DNA of 64,000 bases from Nitrospirota bacterium (GCA_963845065.1 CAWJQQ010000005.1:128001-192000); one strand, 5' to 3'. Positions 34,760 to 44,775 are shown, counted from the stretch's first letter. Program-made: numbers and translations. Notes: generated by a model not told the origin, from the letters alone.

Positions 34760-35962
34760 TTAGATCAAGCTGCTTACCAGTTCCATGATGTCCGTAATCA
34801 GTATCTGATTTGTATGATCCTTCATTGCCTCGTTAACTTTAGCATAGCACGCAGGACAGCTCAAAATCAAGCGGTCTGCTTTTTTTGCCACGGCCTCGTC
34901 GATCGTCTGCCTGCCCATGGCGATAGCGTTTTCATGAAAGACTTTTCTTGCAGCGCCGCCAGAACCGCAGCACCGTGAGTTCAAGCCGTTCCGCTCGAAC
35001 TCGAGGACCGTGATGCCGGGGATGCTCCTAAGCACTGCACGCGGTTCTTCGATTACGCCTACACCACGGGAAAGGTAACAGGGGTCGTGGTAGATCACAG
35101 ACTCGTGCAGCTTCTTGCTCAAGCGCAATTTCCCATTTTGAACAGCGTCTGAGACGTATTGCGTGATATGTCGGATTTTGAACGGAAGCGCTTCTCCGTA
35201 GATCAGGGGCCAGTCCCTGGACATAATGTTCACACAGCAAGGACAAGAGCAGACAAGAACTTTGACCCCTTTTGCCTTATATCCGTTTACCAGTCTTGTA
35301 ATGAGGTCCTTGAGCTCATCATGCTGGCCCGTGATGAAGAGTGGAAAACCACAGCACACCTCGTCTTCCGGCGATAACATGGTAAAGGGGTCCCCGATGG
35401 CATGGAGGACAAGTACGTCGCCTTTAACCATGGGCTGTGCTTCGTATGCGCCGGTACATCCGGCATAATATGCGACGTCGGCGCGTTCCGCGACCTGCAC
35501 GGTCTGCGGGAACCAGGGTTGGTAGCGGTCTACGGCAAGTTTGTCATAAGGATTTCCGGAATTTCCAATCACCTTCGGCAAGTTCGCCTGGACGCCGATT
35601 GGCCCGAGGCCGCGCTTCACCATCTCTTTCCTGAGTGCTGGCCATAGCCGTTGCGTAAAGATGCCGACTGTGCAGCTCTGGCCACAAGCGCCGCAGGTCG
35701 TGCATTCAAAGACCGCCATGGCGAAGTCTTCTAACAATTTTCGGTCTACCTCGCTAGGGCCGAAAATCCTGGCTTTGAGCCCGTCGGTCGCACGGATGAA
35801 CTCGCGGAACATGCGAATCTTCTCCGGCGGTGAAATTGAAGGCTTGCCGGTCACATCCTGCACCGGGCAGTGCTTGAGGCACTCACCGCATTGGGTGCAG
35901 GCGTCGATTTCGAGGATTTGACGCGGCAAGAGTTCTTCAGCAAAGGACCGTTTATTTTTCAT
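34760..35962 (-). CDS. HdrD-like iron-sulfur oxidoreductase (2x[4Fe-4S] plus two CCG domains)
   Basis: CTQCGECLKHCP, CTTCGACGQSC, YAGC..CCG..SCPCC, HDPC..CCG..SCPAC. Confidence 0.85.
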   Translation of the reverse strand: MKNKRSFAEELLPRQILEIDACTQCGECLKHCPVQDVTGKPSISPPEKIRMFREFIRATDGLKARIFGPSEVDRKLLEDFAMAVFECTTCGACGQSCTVGIFTQRLWPALRKEMVKRGLGPIGVQANLPKVIGNSGNPYDKLAVDRYQPWFPQTVQVAERADVAYYAGCTGAYEAQPMVKGDVLVLHAIGDPFTMLSPEDEVCCGFPLFITGQHDELKDLITRLVNGYKAKGVKVLVCSCPCCVNIMSRDWPLIYGEALPFKIRHITQYVSDAVQNGKLRLSKKLHESVIYHDPCYLSRGVGVIEEPRAVLRSIPGITVLEFERNGLNSRCCGSGGAARKVFHENAIAMGRQTIDEAVAKKADRLILSCPACYAKVNEAMKDHTNQILITDIMELVSSLI

Positions 35963-36638
35963 GGATCACCAGATGAAGCGCTAGATCCCGTTTCCTCGCT
36001 TCCAGCATAATGATCGGCGCTGTAAAAATGTGCGAAGGGAGGATGGAGACGAGGACGAGGATCAGACTGAAGTGTAGCAGAAACAGCACACTCCCGGGAA
36101 CGGCAACCGGTGAGAAGCTCATGATGCCGAGGATGAACAGCTTCACGTCAACTAGATCCGGCTTGAATAGTGCGTTCATAAGCACACCAATAGTGCTTAT
36201 GACGAGCACAAGAACGAGAAAAAACATGTTTGCCGGAGATGCATACTTCTCATGGTTGGTGCGAAGCCGGATGATAAGGATGTAAAGGAGGGTGACGGGC
36301 AGAAGGTATCCAGCGATCAAGCCAGGCGTCTGAAGAAACCATACCCAAGCGGGAATTGGATTCAGAAAAAAACGCAGATGCCGTGTGAGTACGAGGAGAA
36401 AGCTAGCATGGAAGAACCACTCGCCGATCCAAAGTGCGGGATTCACCATGAGGAGCCTTCCAAAAAAAAGGACGTCACTTGCCGCAAGCGCACACGCTTT
36501 GCCACGCGAAGGAGCGATATATAACGATGGCCCGCTAGTCTGCCTTACGGCCCGCCACCATACGAATATGTGAGCACAAAGACGTATCCAGAATGCCGCG
36601 TACACCGCGTACGCAGCCAGTATCAATATTTTTCCCAT
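35952..36638 (-). CDS. NarI/DsrM/HdrE-like membrane b-type cytochrome
   Basis: Five hydrophobic segments with candidate heme His pairs (FFHASF..RHLRF; LLHFSL..PSHIF); overlaps the HdrD-like gene. Confidence 0.75.
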   Translation of the reverse strand: MGKILILAAYAVYAAFWIRLCAHIFVWWRAVRQTSGPSLYIAPSRGKACALAASDVLFFGRLLMVNPALWIGEWFFHASFLLVLTRHLRFFLNPIPAWVWFLQTPGLIAGYLLPVTLLYILIIRLRTNHEKYASPANMFFLVLVLVISTIGVLMNALFKPDLVDVKLFILGIMSFSPVAVPGSVLFLLHFSLILVLVSILPSHIFTAPIIMLEARKRDLALHLVIHEK

Positions 36639-36961
36639 GTGTTTGGGTTGTCTGCCTTTTTCGTATTGTACCATATTGGGGATATAACCGGAACGCAAAC
36701 ATCCCCACCGTATCGGTAGGAACGGCAAGAAACACTAACCTCTATTGCGGATTCCGATAGATTACAAATCATTCGTAATTTCATGGAACGACCGAAAACT
36801 ATTCAAGATCAAGGCATTTAATCTTTATAAGGGAATAAACAATTAAACTTTTTTTCTCTTTTTTTCCGATTGTCTTCACCTGTTATTCTGAATGATTTTT
36901 CCAGGCGTGCACAATGAAACGGAGTGCTCAATTTTCATTAAAAAAGCCGAGATTTTTCTGC

Positions 36962-37279
36962 CTACGCTTCCTCCATAAATACGATAGTCGCGTCCTTCGG
37001 AACGTTCAAGCCCGCCTCAACCTCGATAGCCTTCAGGATACCGGAAGGCACCAGACAAGCCGCGTGTTTTAGGTGCTTTGCCGCGGACCGGTAAACCGGA
37101 TTGCTTAAGAAACCAGCGAGTGGTGCGAAGCGGTCAAGGACAGCAATGTCGGCGAGCATTTTTTTTACCATTTCGCATTCGGTATCTAGAGAGAGGGACA
37201 TTTTGCCGCCCTTGCTTTTTTCTGCTTTGATCGTAACGGTATACCCGCATGCTCCTGAGTGTATGATTAGCTTCGTCAT
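36962..37279 (-). CDS. Conserved small Cys-containing hypothetical protein (DUF6951-like)
   Basis: GACGY, TEC, HAACLVPSGILKAIEVEAGL. Confidence 0.6.
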   Translation of the reverse strand: MTKLIIHSGACGYTVTIKAEKSKGGKMSLSLDTECEMVKKMLADIAVLDRFAPLAGFLSNPVYRSAAKHLKHAACLVPSGILKAIEVEAGLNVPKDATIVFMEEA

Positions 37280-37438
37280 GATCGTTTTCCCTTCTTACTC
37301 CTTCACACCCATTATCACCATGAGGGATTTTAGGTGATAATTTCAAACAAAAGGTACGAAACCGCAGAGGTACAGCACCCATAGAAAAAATCCTGACAAT
37401 TCTTACGTTTTCTTACCTGTTTCTTTGAGGTGCTTCTT

Positions 37439-39415
37439 TCATGCTTTTATCTCTACCATACTCTTTGACTTTTCAAGCAGCTCCTTCAGGTTCGGGAACT
37501 TGTCCTTCATGTGCGGGATATGCATCGCCTGCATGAATTCTTTTTCAAATGCAGGATCCGTCGCGATTTCTACGAACTCCACCCAGCGCGCTCGATCGTT
37601 CGCCTCGCGACGTTTGTGCCTGTTCAAAAGCGCTATTCGCGAACCGTCACCTGCAGCGTTACCCACGGCGTAGACCATGTCGATGGGGCAGTCCGGGAAC
37701 ATGCCAAGCGTGAGCGAGGCCACTTTGTCAATGTGGCTCCCGAAGGCGCCTGCCAGGATCACGCGGTCGAGCTTGGTAATGCCAAGCCGCTTCATCATCA
37801 GCTTTGCGCCTGCGTATAGCGCCCCTTTGGCAAGCTGGAGCGCCCGCACGTCAGCCTGGGTGACGGTGATGTCATGGCCGATGGATGTCTCCGTAGCCCA
37901 AGCGAGCACGTACTCCGGTTTGCCGTCAGCGTCCTTTCTGACCCGATTCGTGCCGAGGTCCATGACAAACCTGCCGCTTTTGTCAATGATGCCAGCTTTG
38001 AACATTTCCGCCACAACGCCGATGATGCCCGAACCGCAGAGGCCCTTAGCGTTCACCTGCTGGATATGGGTATGCCAGTCCGCCTTGCCAATGACCTTGT
38101 ATCGTGGCTCCTTGGTTGCAGGATCAATCTCGACGGTTTCGATAGCGCCCGGTGCTGCACGCATCCCGAACTTGATCTGAGCACCTTCGAAGGCCGGACC
38201 GGTGGCACAGGATGTGGAGCAGACCTTATTACGGTTGCCCATGAGTAGCTCACCGTTCGTGCCGATGTCTATAATCAAAACCATCTCGTCCTGGTTGTAG
38301 GGTTCTTCCGCGATCAGGACGCCCACATTGTCCGCGCCCACGAAGCCCGCTTCAATGGGCAGCACGTGGATGTAGGAAGCGGGGTTGATCCGCAGTCCCA
38401 GGTCGCGCGCCTTGATATCGAGCGAGTTCTGGACCGCGGGGATGAAAGGCGAACGGCCGATGTATTCGGGGTTAAGTCCAAGGAAAATATGGTGCATGGC
38501 CGTATTGAAAACGATCGTCAGGTCGTTGATAATATATCCAGGATTAGGCCCGTCTTTTGTGATATCCGTGACTACCCGCTCGATTATCTCATTCAGGCCC
38601 TGGATGATCGCTCTTTGCATGGTCTCGAGGCCGCTGGGATTGCTCATGGCGTAGGTAATCCGCGACATAACGTCCTCACCGTAGGGAACCTGGGGGTTCA
38701 TCATGGATTCGGTGCTCACGACCTTGCCTGTGTTCAGGTCCGTCAAATATCCCACGCAGGTCGTAGTGCCCACGTCCACGGCAAGACCATAACTGGCATC
38801 AACGAACCCCGGCTCAACCTTGATTATTTCCTTGTCCATCCAGACCGTGACCGTGGCTTTCCATTCACCTTTCCGCAACACGCCCTGGAGGTCCCGCAGG
38901 ACCAGAAAATCAAAGGTAAGACCTCTGAGTCCATAATCGTCCTCGAGGAATTTGAGCACACGCTCCCAGTCGCCCGTGGTCATATCGTGAAGTGACGGGG
39001 GCACAAGTTCGAGATTGTACTTCTTTACCGCCGGATCGAGCTTTATCGTGAGCTCCTTGGCCGCTTTACGCACAACCTGCTTGCCCGCGCGAGAGCGTTC
39101 GGGAACAAAAACCTTGATGTCACCATGCACCTCGGCCGTGCAGGACAAACGGATGCCCGGTCCGTCATCGGGTTTGATGTGCTTCTTCTCAGCTTCGGAA
39201 AGCAGCGAAAGGTGGGCCATGCCTGATTCTATATTGTCCTTTTCGAAATACCCCTCTTCGATCCTGACCTTGCACTTGCCGCAGACCTTTTTGTTTCCAC
39301 AAAGCGCTTCTATGTCGACACCCAGGGATTGTGCCGCTTCAAGGATGGTCTTGCCATCCTCTACTTCACCGCGACTGCCCGAGGGCTGGAATATTACCTT
39401 GTGTTTCTTAATCAT
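37439..39415 (-). CDS. ATP-dependent reductive activator of corrinoid proteins (RACo/RamA, ASKHA family)
   Basis: N-terminal [2Fe-2S] motif CGNKKVCGKC..RLSC; VDVGTTT, YGEDVMSRI, GFVGAD, DIGTNGE, GPAFEG, AGAFG. Confidence 0.92.
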   Translation of the reverse strand: MIKKHKVIFQPSGSRGEVEDGKTILEAAQSLGVDIEALCGNKKVCGKCKVRIEEGYFEKDNIESGMAHLSLLSEAEKKHIKPDDGPGIRLSCTAEVHGDIKVFVPERSRAGKQVVRKAAKELTIKLDPAVKKYNLELVPPSLHDMTTGDWERVLKFLEDDYGLRGLTFDFLVLRDLQGVLRKGEWKATVTVWMDKEIIKVEPGFVDASYGLAVDVGTTTCVGYLTDLNTGKVVSTESMMNPQVPYGEDVMSRITYAMSNPSGLETMQRAIIQGLNEIIERVVTDITKDGPNPGYIINDLTIVFNTAMHHIFLGLNPEYIGRSPFIPAVQNSLDIKARDLGLRINPASYIHVLPIEAGFVGADNVGVLIAEEPYNQDEMVLIIDIGTNGELLMGNRNKVCSTSCATGPAFEGAQIKFGMRAAPGAIETVEIDPATKEPRYKVIGKADWHTHIQQVNAKGLCGSGIIGVVAEMFKAGIIDKSGRFVMDLGTNRVRKDADGKPEYVLAWATETSIGHDITVTQADVRALQLAKGALYAGAKLMMKRLGITKLDRVILAGAFGSHIDKVASLTLGMFPDCPIDMVYAVGNAAGDGSRIALLNRHKRREANDRARWVEFVEIATDPAFEKEFMQAMHIPHMKDKFPNLKELLEKSKSMVEIKA

Positions 39416-39511
39416 GCACTTCCTCCTGAAATCAAAAAAGCAAGACACGAAAATAACGGATGGATACGAATAGACCGCAGAGGCAAGCCGCGCGAATGAC
39501 TAATGCTAACA

Positions 39512-40180
39512 TCATTCAAGGGAGGCCTTTTCTTCTTCTAAATTCTGCGAAACTGATTCTCTTCTCCCATAGGGGCAGATATTGATGCACAACCCGCAGT
39601 TGGGTTTGCCGTCCGTGGCCCGTTTAGTCGCCTTGTGGCTTCTACAGGTTTTGAGTTTCACTAGTTCGATAAAGGGCGAGGAGCGGGACCATTCCGCACC
39701 AGTGATAGCCTGAGACGGGCAGTACTGCACGCAGAGCGTACAGTCACCGCACAGGCTGAGTTCCATGGGCCTATCCGGCTCGAGCGGCGCATCGGTCAGC
39801 ACGGTGACTAGAGAAAGCCGGGGCCCGTAGTCAGGGCTGATGAGAAGGCCGTTCTTCCCGATCCACCCAATTCCTGCAGAGGTCGCAGCCATTTTGTGAG
39901 TAAAGAGCGAGTACAGTTTTGAAATGAAGGTCCCTTTTTGCCGGTCCGAGTCAGGCGGGATGGCCAGCGTACGATAGCCCCGGGATTTGAGGAACAGAAC
40001 AGCGCGCTTTTGGAGCTTCATGAGCTGGCTCAGTGTGTCCTCATTAAGCCGCCGGTCCACTCCGATGGATACGGCAATCTCTAGGTGCGCCAGTTCACCA
40101 CTCATATGCCCCCGGAGGCTGGCGACGCCGACAACGTTGGCGCCAAGGCCCAGCAGTTGATGTCGAAGATCGACCTTCAT
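39512..40180 (-). CDS. QueG/reductive-dehalogenase-like cobalamin and 2x[4Fe-4S] protein
   Basis: HKMAATSAGIGWIGKNGLLI.PDYGPRL.L.TVLTD, CGDCTLCVQYCP, CGLCINICPYG. Confidence 0.8.
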   Translation of the reverse strand: MKVDLRHQLLGLGANVVGVASLRGHMSGELAHLEIAVSIGVDRRLNEDTLSQLMKLQKRAVLFLKSRGYRTLAIPPDSDRQKGTFISKLYSLFTHKMAATSAGIGWIGKNGLLISPDYGPRLSLVTVLTDAPLEPDRPMELSLCGDCTLCVQYCPSQAITGAEWSRSSPFIELVKLKTCRSHKATKRATDGKPNCGLCINICPYGRRESVSQNLEEEKASLE

Positions 40181-40869
40181 TTCGATTTCTTTGCTTCTAC
40201 CTCATCCTTCATCTTTTTGAGCGAAGCGACCATATTGATTGCGTCCTTCAGGGCGTTGGTAGCGTCCTTCGCATAACCGTCGGCCCCGTACTTCTCGGCA
40301 ACGTCCTGAGACACGGGCGCGCCGCCAATCATTATCTTGACATTGGGATTCTTGGTCCGGAGGTCATCGATCACCTTTTTCATTCCTGTCATGGTTGTGG
40401 TCATCATGGCAGACAGACAGACAAGGTCGGAATCGGTCCTAAGCTGTTCCTGGACGAACTTGTCCAGCGGTACGTCGCGGCCAAGGTCATAGACCGTAAA
40501 GCCGGCCACGTCGAACATCATTTTCACGATGTTCTTACCGATGTCGTGAACGTCACCCTCCACGGTTCCGATCACCACCGAGCCCTTGACCCCGAGGTCC
40601 AGTTGTGTCACGTGCGGTTTCAGGATGTCCAGGCCAGCATAGAGCGCGTCAGCGCACATAAGCAGCTCCGGTACGAAGTACTCCTGGGCCTCGAACATAC
40701 GGCCCACCTCCACCATGCCTGAGACAAGGCCGTTGAATATCGCGTCATTCGCGTCCATGCCAACGTTCAAGGCTTCATTAGCAGCCTCTTTTGCTGTGTC
40801 TTCGTCGTACTGGATTACAGCGTTCCGTAGTTTTTCCAACAACGCTTTTTTCTTCTCATCCGTTACCAT
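40177..40869 (-). CDS. Methyltransferase corrinoid protein (MtaC/MttC-like)
   Basis: Cap domain EYFVPELL, DVHDIGKNIV (DxHxxG), SAMMTTTM, IGGAP. Confidence 0.93.
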   Translation of the reverse strand: MVTDEKKKALLEKLRNAVIQYDEDTAKEAANEALNVGMDANDAIFNGLVSGMVEVGRMFEAQEYFVPELLMCADALYAGLDILKPHVTQLDLGVKGSVVIGTVEGDVHDIGKNIVKMMFDVAGFTVYDLGRDVPLDKFVQEQLRTDSDLVCLSAMMTTTMTGMKKVIDDLRTKNPNVKIMIGGAPVSQDVAEKYGADGYAKDATNALKDAINMVASLKKMKDEVEAKKSK

Positions 40870-40872
40870 GGA

Positions 40873-41901
40873 TTACCTCCTGTACTTTCTGACTTCATCC
40901 ATCATGGTCTTGAAATTTTCAGCAGGCACGGTGGGCCAGATATCGCACCCGGGCCAAACCGCGCTGACGCCGTCGTCCATGCATTTTTTCATAGTTTGGC
41001 GCACGAGGTCCGGCGTGCCCGAGACCAACACATTATAGGGATCATAGTTACCGAAGACGAGTGCTTTGGGACCTAGCTTTTTGCGCGTCTCGGCAACGTC
41101 GTTCTTCTGGTCCACACTGATTGCCTTCGCCCCGCTTTCAGCCATAAAGGGGACGATGTCGTTCGTCTTGCCGCAGATATGGATAACACTTGGGACCGTA
41201 ATCTTCGCGAAGATCTTCTTGAGATACGGGAGGATGAGGCTCTTGAACACACGCGGGGATAGGACATCGGACGTTGCCCCCATTTCCCGCACCGTGATGA
41301 AGTCCACGCCGGCTTTTTCATACTGTCCTGCAACCTGGATGATCACATCGGACAGCTGGTCGAGAAGCTTGCTCACTTTGTCCGGCTTCTTAAAGGAAAG
41401 TTTCAGCAGGTCGTTCAGCTCCATGACTTGGCCGGCAAGCGTGAAGGGCCCAAGCACATACGAACCAACGGCAGTGTCACTGCCGACATCCTTCTTCATC
41501 AGCTTGATTGCTTCGACCATGAGAGGCACCCTGCCGCGGGCTGTGAGATCGAACGGAACAGCGATTTCCATCTCGGCTTCATTATGAATCAGCTTTGTCT
41601 TAATCGTGGGGTAAAGCAGATCCTCGGAGTGGGCGTAAACGTTGATCTCGCACCCCATGGCCTCGGCTTCGATGCAGAGGTCAAAGGGCGCGATCGCGGA
41701 CTCGAAACCGAAAAGATTATACGTTGAGGCCGCAGCCGCGGCCATCATCTTTGCGTCGAGGTGTGTTGCCGCAAATTTTTGACCTAATGATTTCAGCCCT
41801 TCGGTGGTCACGTTGCCCATGCCGCTGAAGCAGGGCGGCCTGTCAACTTCTTCTCCGGCGAAAAGCTTCAGCACCCGTTCTCTTGCATTCAATGTTGTCA
41901 T
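40873..41901 (-). CDS. MtaA/CmuA-like methylcobamide:thiol methyltransferase (URO-D fold)
   Basis: PFDLCIEAEAMG, GPFTLA, Zn motif IHICG..PGCDI. Confidence 0.85.
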   Translation of the reverse strand: MTTLNARERVLKLFAGEEVDRPPCFSGMGNVTTEGLKSLGQKFAATHLDAKMMAAAAASTYNLFGFESAIAPFDLCIEAEAMGCEINVYAHSEDLLYPTIKTKLIHNEAEMEIAVPFDLTARGRVPLMVEAIKLMKKDVGSDTAVGSYVLGPFTLAGQVMELNDLLKLSFKKPDKVSKLLDQLSDVIIQVAGQYEKAGVDFITVREMGATSDVLSPRVFKSLILPYLKKIFAKITVPSVIHICGKTNDIVPFMAESGAKAISVDQKNDVAETRKKLGPKALVFGNYDPYNVLVSGTPDLVRQTMKKCMDDGVSAVWPGCDIWPTVPAENFKTMMDEVRKYRR

Positions 41902-42023
41902 TCATCCTCCTTAAATCAAATATCAATCAAGCACCAACGGGCAATGATCGAATATCAAAAACAGGCTAGGATTTCGATATTGATAATTACCTGTTATTTG
42001 GTTCTTGGTACTTTTTGCTTGCA

Positions 42024-42977
42024 TTATTTCCTCGCTGCTCCCGATGTTAGTTTTCCTATAAAATCCGAGAAGTATTTCTTGATCGGTATATTTGCGTTGT
42101 CCGATATCTTGTTTGTCTCATCATAAACCAGCGTAGAAAGCAGGATCTGCGCCGCTGCAACTGCAGGGAAGATCCGCGGCGCCGTAACGATAGGGCCGTA
42201 GAAATTGAAATCGCTCCAGATGGCCGAGGACATGCCCTGGACCACGGCATCCATTGCCTTGAACCCGTCGAGGTTCCAGATGGTCTTCGCCTCTTTCCAC
42301 ATATGCGTGCCGTTCGAGTAGGCGCCGCCGCAGGGAAGACCGAGTTTCTCCTTGATCAGCCTGTTCGCCAAGAGGGAGAATGATGTTGCAGGCAGGTTCA
42401 TGACCGAGGTGTCGACAATGACGGTCTCAAAGTCGTCGGCCCCCTGGGAAAGGATAATCTCGAGCGATTTGAGCCGTCCCGAGGGCGACTGATCCTGGTC
42501 GTCAAAGGCCTGCACTACGACATGCTTGATGCCCAAATCTTTCAGTTTCTGGACCTGTCCTTTAATATCTTTGTCCCAGGGCGTGATGCTGTTGTACAGA
42601 AACTTGTCCTGAAGTCCGAGCTTGGCAACGTACTCCGTTGCCTGCGCTCTTTTTTCTGCGACCCACATGTCTATGCCAAAAGGCATTGCCGTCGTTTCGC
42701 GGTAAAAATCCATATAGATCTTGGCCTCTTCCGCCGAGTTCGCTACCATGGCGACCATTGACGGAATCCCGGTCGAAGCGGATAACACTTCCTGTGTCCT
42801 GATCATCTCAGTAGCTTTTACGTGGTCAAAATTGCCTTTACGGTCCGTGACAATCCGATCCTTGTTATGAAACATTGATGCGATCAGGAGCGGCGGGTTC
42901 TCTCCGGGCTGACCACCCACCTTAATACCGCTAAGATTAAATACCTGTTGGTCTTTTTTAAATCGAAACATTACCAT
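42024..42977 (-). CDS. MtrH-family pterin (THF/H4MPT):corrinoid methyltransferase
   Basis: MFRFKKDQ.V....IKVGGQPGENP, YNSI, LPCGG..SN, YGPI. Confidence 0.85.
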   Translation of the reverse strand: MVMFRFKKDQQVFNLSGIKVGGQPGENPPLLIASMFHNKDRIVTDRKGNFDHVKATEMIRTQEVLSASTGIPSMVAMVANSAEEAKIYMDFYRETTAMPFGIDMWVAEKRAQATEYVAKLGLQDKFLYNSITPWDKDIKGQVQKLKDLGIKHVVVQAFDDQDQSPSGRLKSLEIILSQGADDFETVIVDTSVMNLPATSFSLLANRLIKEKLGLPCGGAYSNGTHMWKEAKTIWNLDGFKAMDAVVQGMSSAIWSDFNFYGPIVTAPRIFPAVAAAQILLSTLVYDETNKISDNANIPIKKYFSDFIGKLTSGAARK

Positions 42978-43143
42978 CCCCTTTTTTTAAAGAAGTAATA
43001 TTAAACATTTGCACAAAGACGCAGAGAACTGTAATTTTGAAGTTTAGACTGTCTTGCTGCTCGGCGTGGCATTTTCTTATGATAATCGTATAAGTGCGAA
43101 AGAACGGGGGAGCCTTCTAAACGCCCCCCCCATTGAATTGCGA

Positions 43144-43662
43144 TTAAAATACACCATGATCGAACTTGGGCTGCGGCAGATACTCCCATTTCTCGCCCTT
43201 GCGGAACTTCGCTTCGATATCGAGGCACTTAAGGGCATATTCGAAGGCATAAGGAATACCGGGCCCGCCAGGTACAAATCCCCCGAGGATCATGCCGACA
43301 GAAGCCGCTTCGAAGATCTCGCCAGTAGTCGCGCCGGCATTGATGGCAGGGACCACGTGGATGATACACCTTGGCGAGCAGTAGGCCACGCCTCCGGACA
43401 TGAACATCAGTTCTTTTACCTTGCGGGAAAGGGCGCCGTCAGCGAAGATGCTTGCGTAAAAATCAGCGAATGTCCTACCCGGCTCGGGTGTCACGGTGTT
43501 GATGATCTGGAACATGCGTGGTACGAAGCCGCACTGCTTCTTCATGTACTCATTTACTTCTTCTAACGACATTTTTTTGTCAGCCATTTTTACTGCCTCC
43601 TTTTGTCCGGATGCACTCCGTGCCCCGGTAAACAGTTTCTTCAACTCGTCCAAAATACCCAC
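43144..43662 (-). CDS. Carboxymuconolactone decarboxylase/AhpD-family protein (alternative start 43587)
   Basis: GALSRKVKEL, CSPRC (CxxC), H...A..AGAT..EI.EA. Confidence 0.8.
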   Translation of the reverse strand: MGILDELKKLFTGARSASGQKEAVKMADKKMSLEEVNEYMKKQCGFVPRMFQIINTVTPEPGRTFADFYASIFADGALSRKVKELMFMSGGVAYCSPRCIIHVVPAINAGATTGEIFEAASVGMILGGFVPGGPGIPYAFEYALKCLDIEAKFRKGEKWEYLPQPKFDHGVF

Positions 43663-43746
43663 GATGTCACCTCCTTTTACACGATGAACAGCTTCACCTC
43701 CTTTTATTTGAAGAATGTAGAGAGCAAATACACGGTTGGAAAGTAC

Positions 43747-44775
43747 CTAGAGTTTCCATTCATGCGCCACCTGGATGAACTTCTTGATATTGTCGTAGGG
43801 CACGGTGGGCGGAATGTCACATCCCGGCATGAGCACGAACCCACCTTCCGTCCCCGCAGTCTTGATCACTTCCTTGCATGCATTCTCTACGTCCTGCACT
43901 GTGCCGTTTAGCATGATTTTTACAGGATCCACGTTCCCCCCAAAGCACATCTTGCCGTGGAGTGATTCTTTTGCCTTTGCTATATCTGTCTTGTGGTCTA
44001 GGCTGATGCAGCTTGCCCCCGTAAACGGGAACAGGTCCAGCCGGTCCGATGTGTTTCCGCAAATGTGAACCAGCGTATGCACGCCTTTGGATTTTGCCCA
44101 ATCCGTAAATTTTTTTAGATAGGGTACTGCGAACTTTTCGAATTGTTTCTTGGAAATGAGGTCACCTGATGCCGTGGGGTCCGCGAGGCTGATCACCTCA
44201 AGCGTTTTGTCCGCGACGATCGGTTCGTAGAGATGAATCAAGAGATCGGTGGCGAAGTCGACGACCTTCTCGACAAAGGCGGGTTTCTTGAACGTGGCCT
44301 TCATCATGGTCTCTTCTCCCACAAGCCTTGCACCGAGGGTGAAGGGACCCCAAGCCGTCATGGTAACCACATAAGAGTCGCCGATCTTTGCTTTCGTCTG
44401 GCGCAGTGCCTTCTTCACGGTATTAATGGTCTCGTCCTTGTCGAGGTCGGAAATCTTAAGCTTTGCAAGATCCTCTTCAGTAGAGACGAAATGGTTCTCC
44501 AAGTCCGGCGCCCCGACTTCACGAAATTTTATCTTACCACCGAGTGCTGAGGCATGGAAGTTATTGTATCCCGACCCGGGATATACGACGTCGCACTGGA
44601 GCTTGGAGCTCATGTCAACGAGCATGGAGGCCATTTTGTCCGCGTCCCTTGAAAGTGCCTCGAACGACGTGTTCCAGCCTTTGATGCTCCACATGCCCGC
44701 GCCGAACAGGGTCACCGGGACTCTGTCGGTCTTCCCTCCCTCGAATGCCTTAAGCATAACTTCCTTTGGTTTCAT
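43747..44775 (-). CDS. Second MtaA/CmuA-like methyltransferase (URO-D fold)
   Basis: GPFTLG, ADPTAS, Zn motif VHICG..PGCDI, GNVDP. Confidence 0.85.
   Translation of the reverse strand: MKPKEVMLKAFEGGKTDRVPVTLFGAGMWSIKGWNTSFEALSRDADKMASMLVDMSSKLQCDVVYPGSGYNNFHASALGGKIKFREVGAPDLENHFVSTEEDLAKLKISDLDKDETINTVKKALRQTKAKIGDSYVVTMTAWGPFTLGARLVGEETMMKATFKKPAFVEKVVDFATDLLIHLYEPIVADKTLEVISLADPTASGDLISKKQFEKFAVPYLKKFTDWAKSKGVHTLVHICGNTSDRLDLFPFTGASCISLDHKTDIAKAKESLHGKMCFGGNVDPVKIMLNGTVQDVENACKEVIKTAGTEGGFVLMPGCDIPPTVPYDNIKKFIQVAHEWKL

Noticed and set aside
40873..44775. Calling the two URO-D-fold proteins HemE
   Set aside because: They lack the RQAGR motif, have HxC..C Zn ligands and sit beside corrinoid, RACo and MtrH genes
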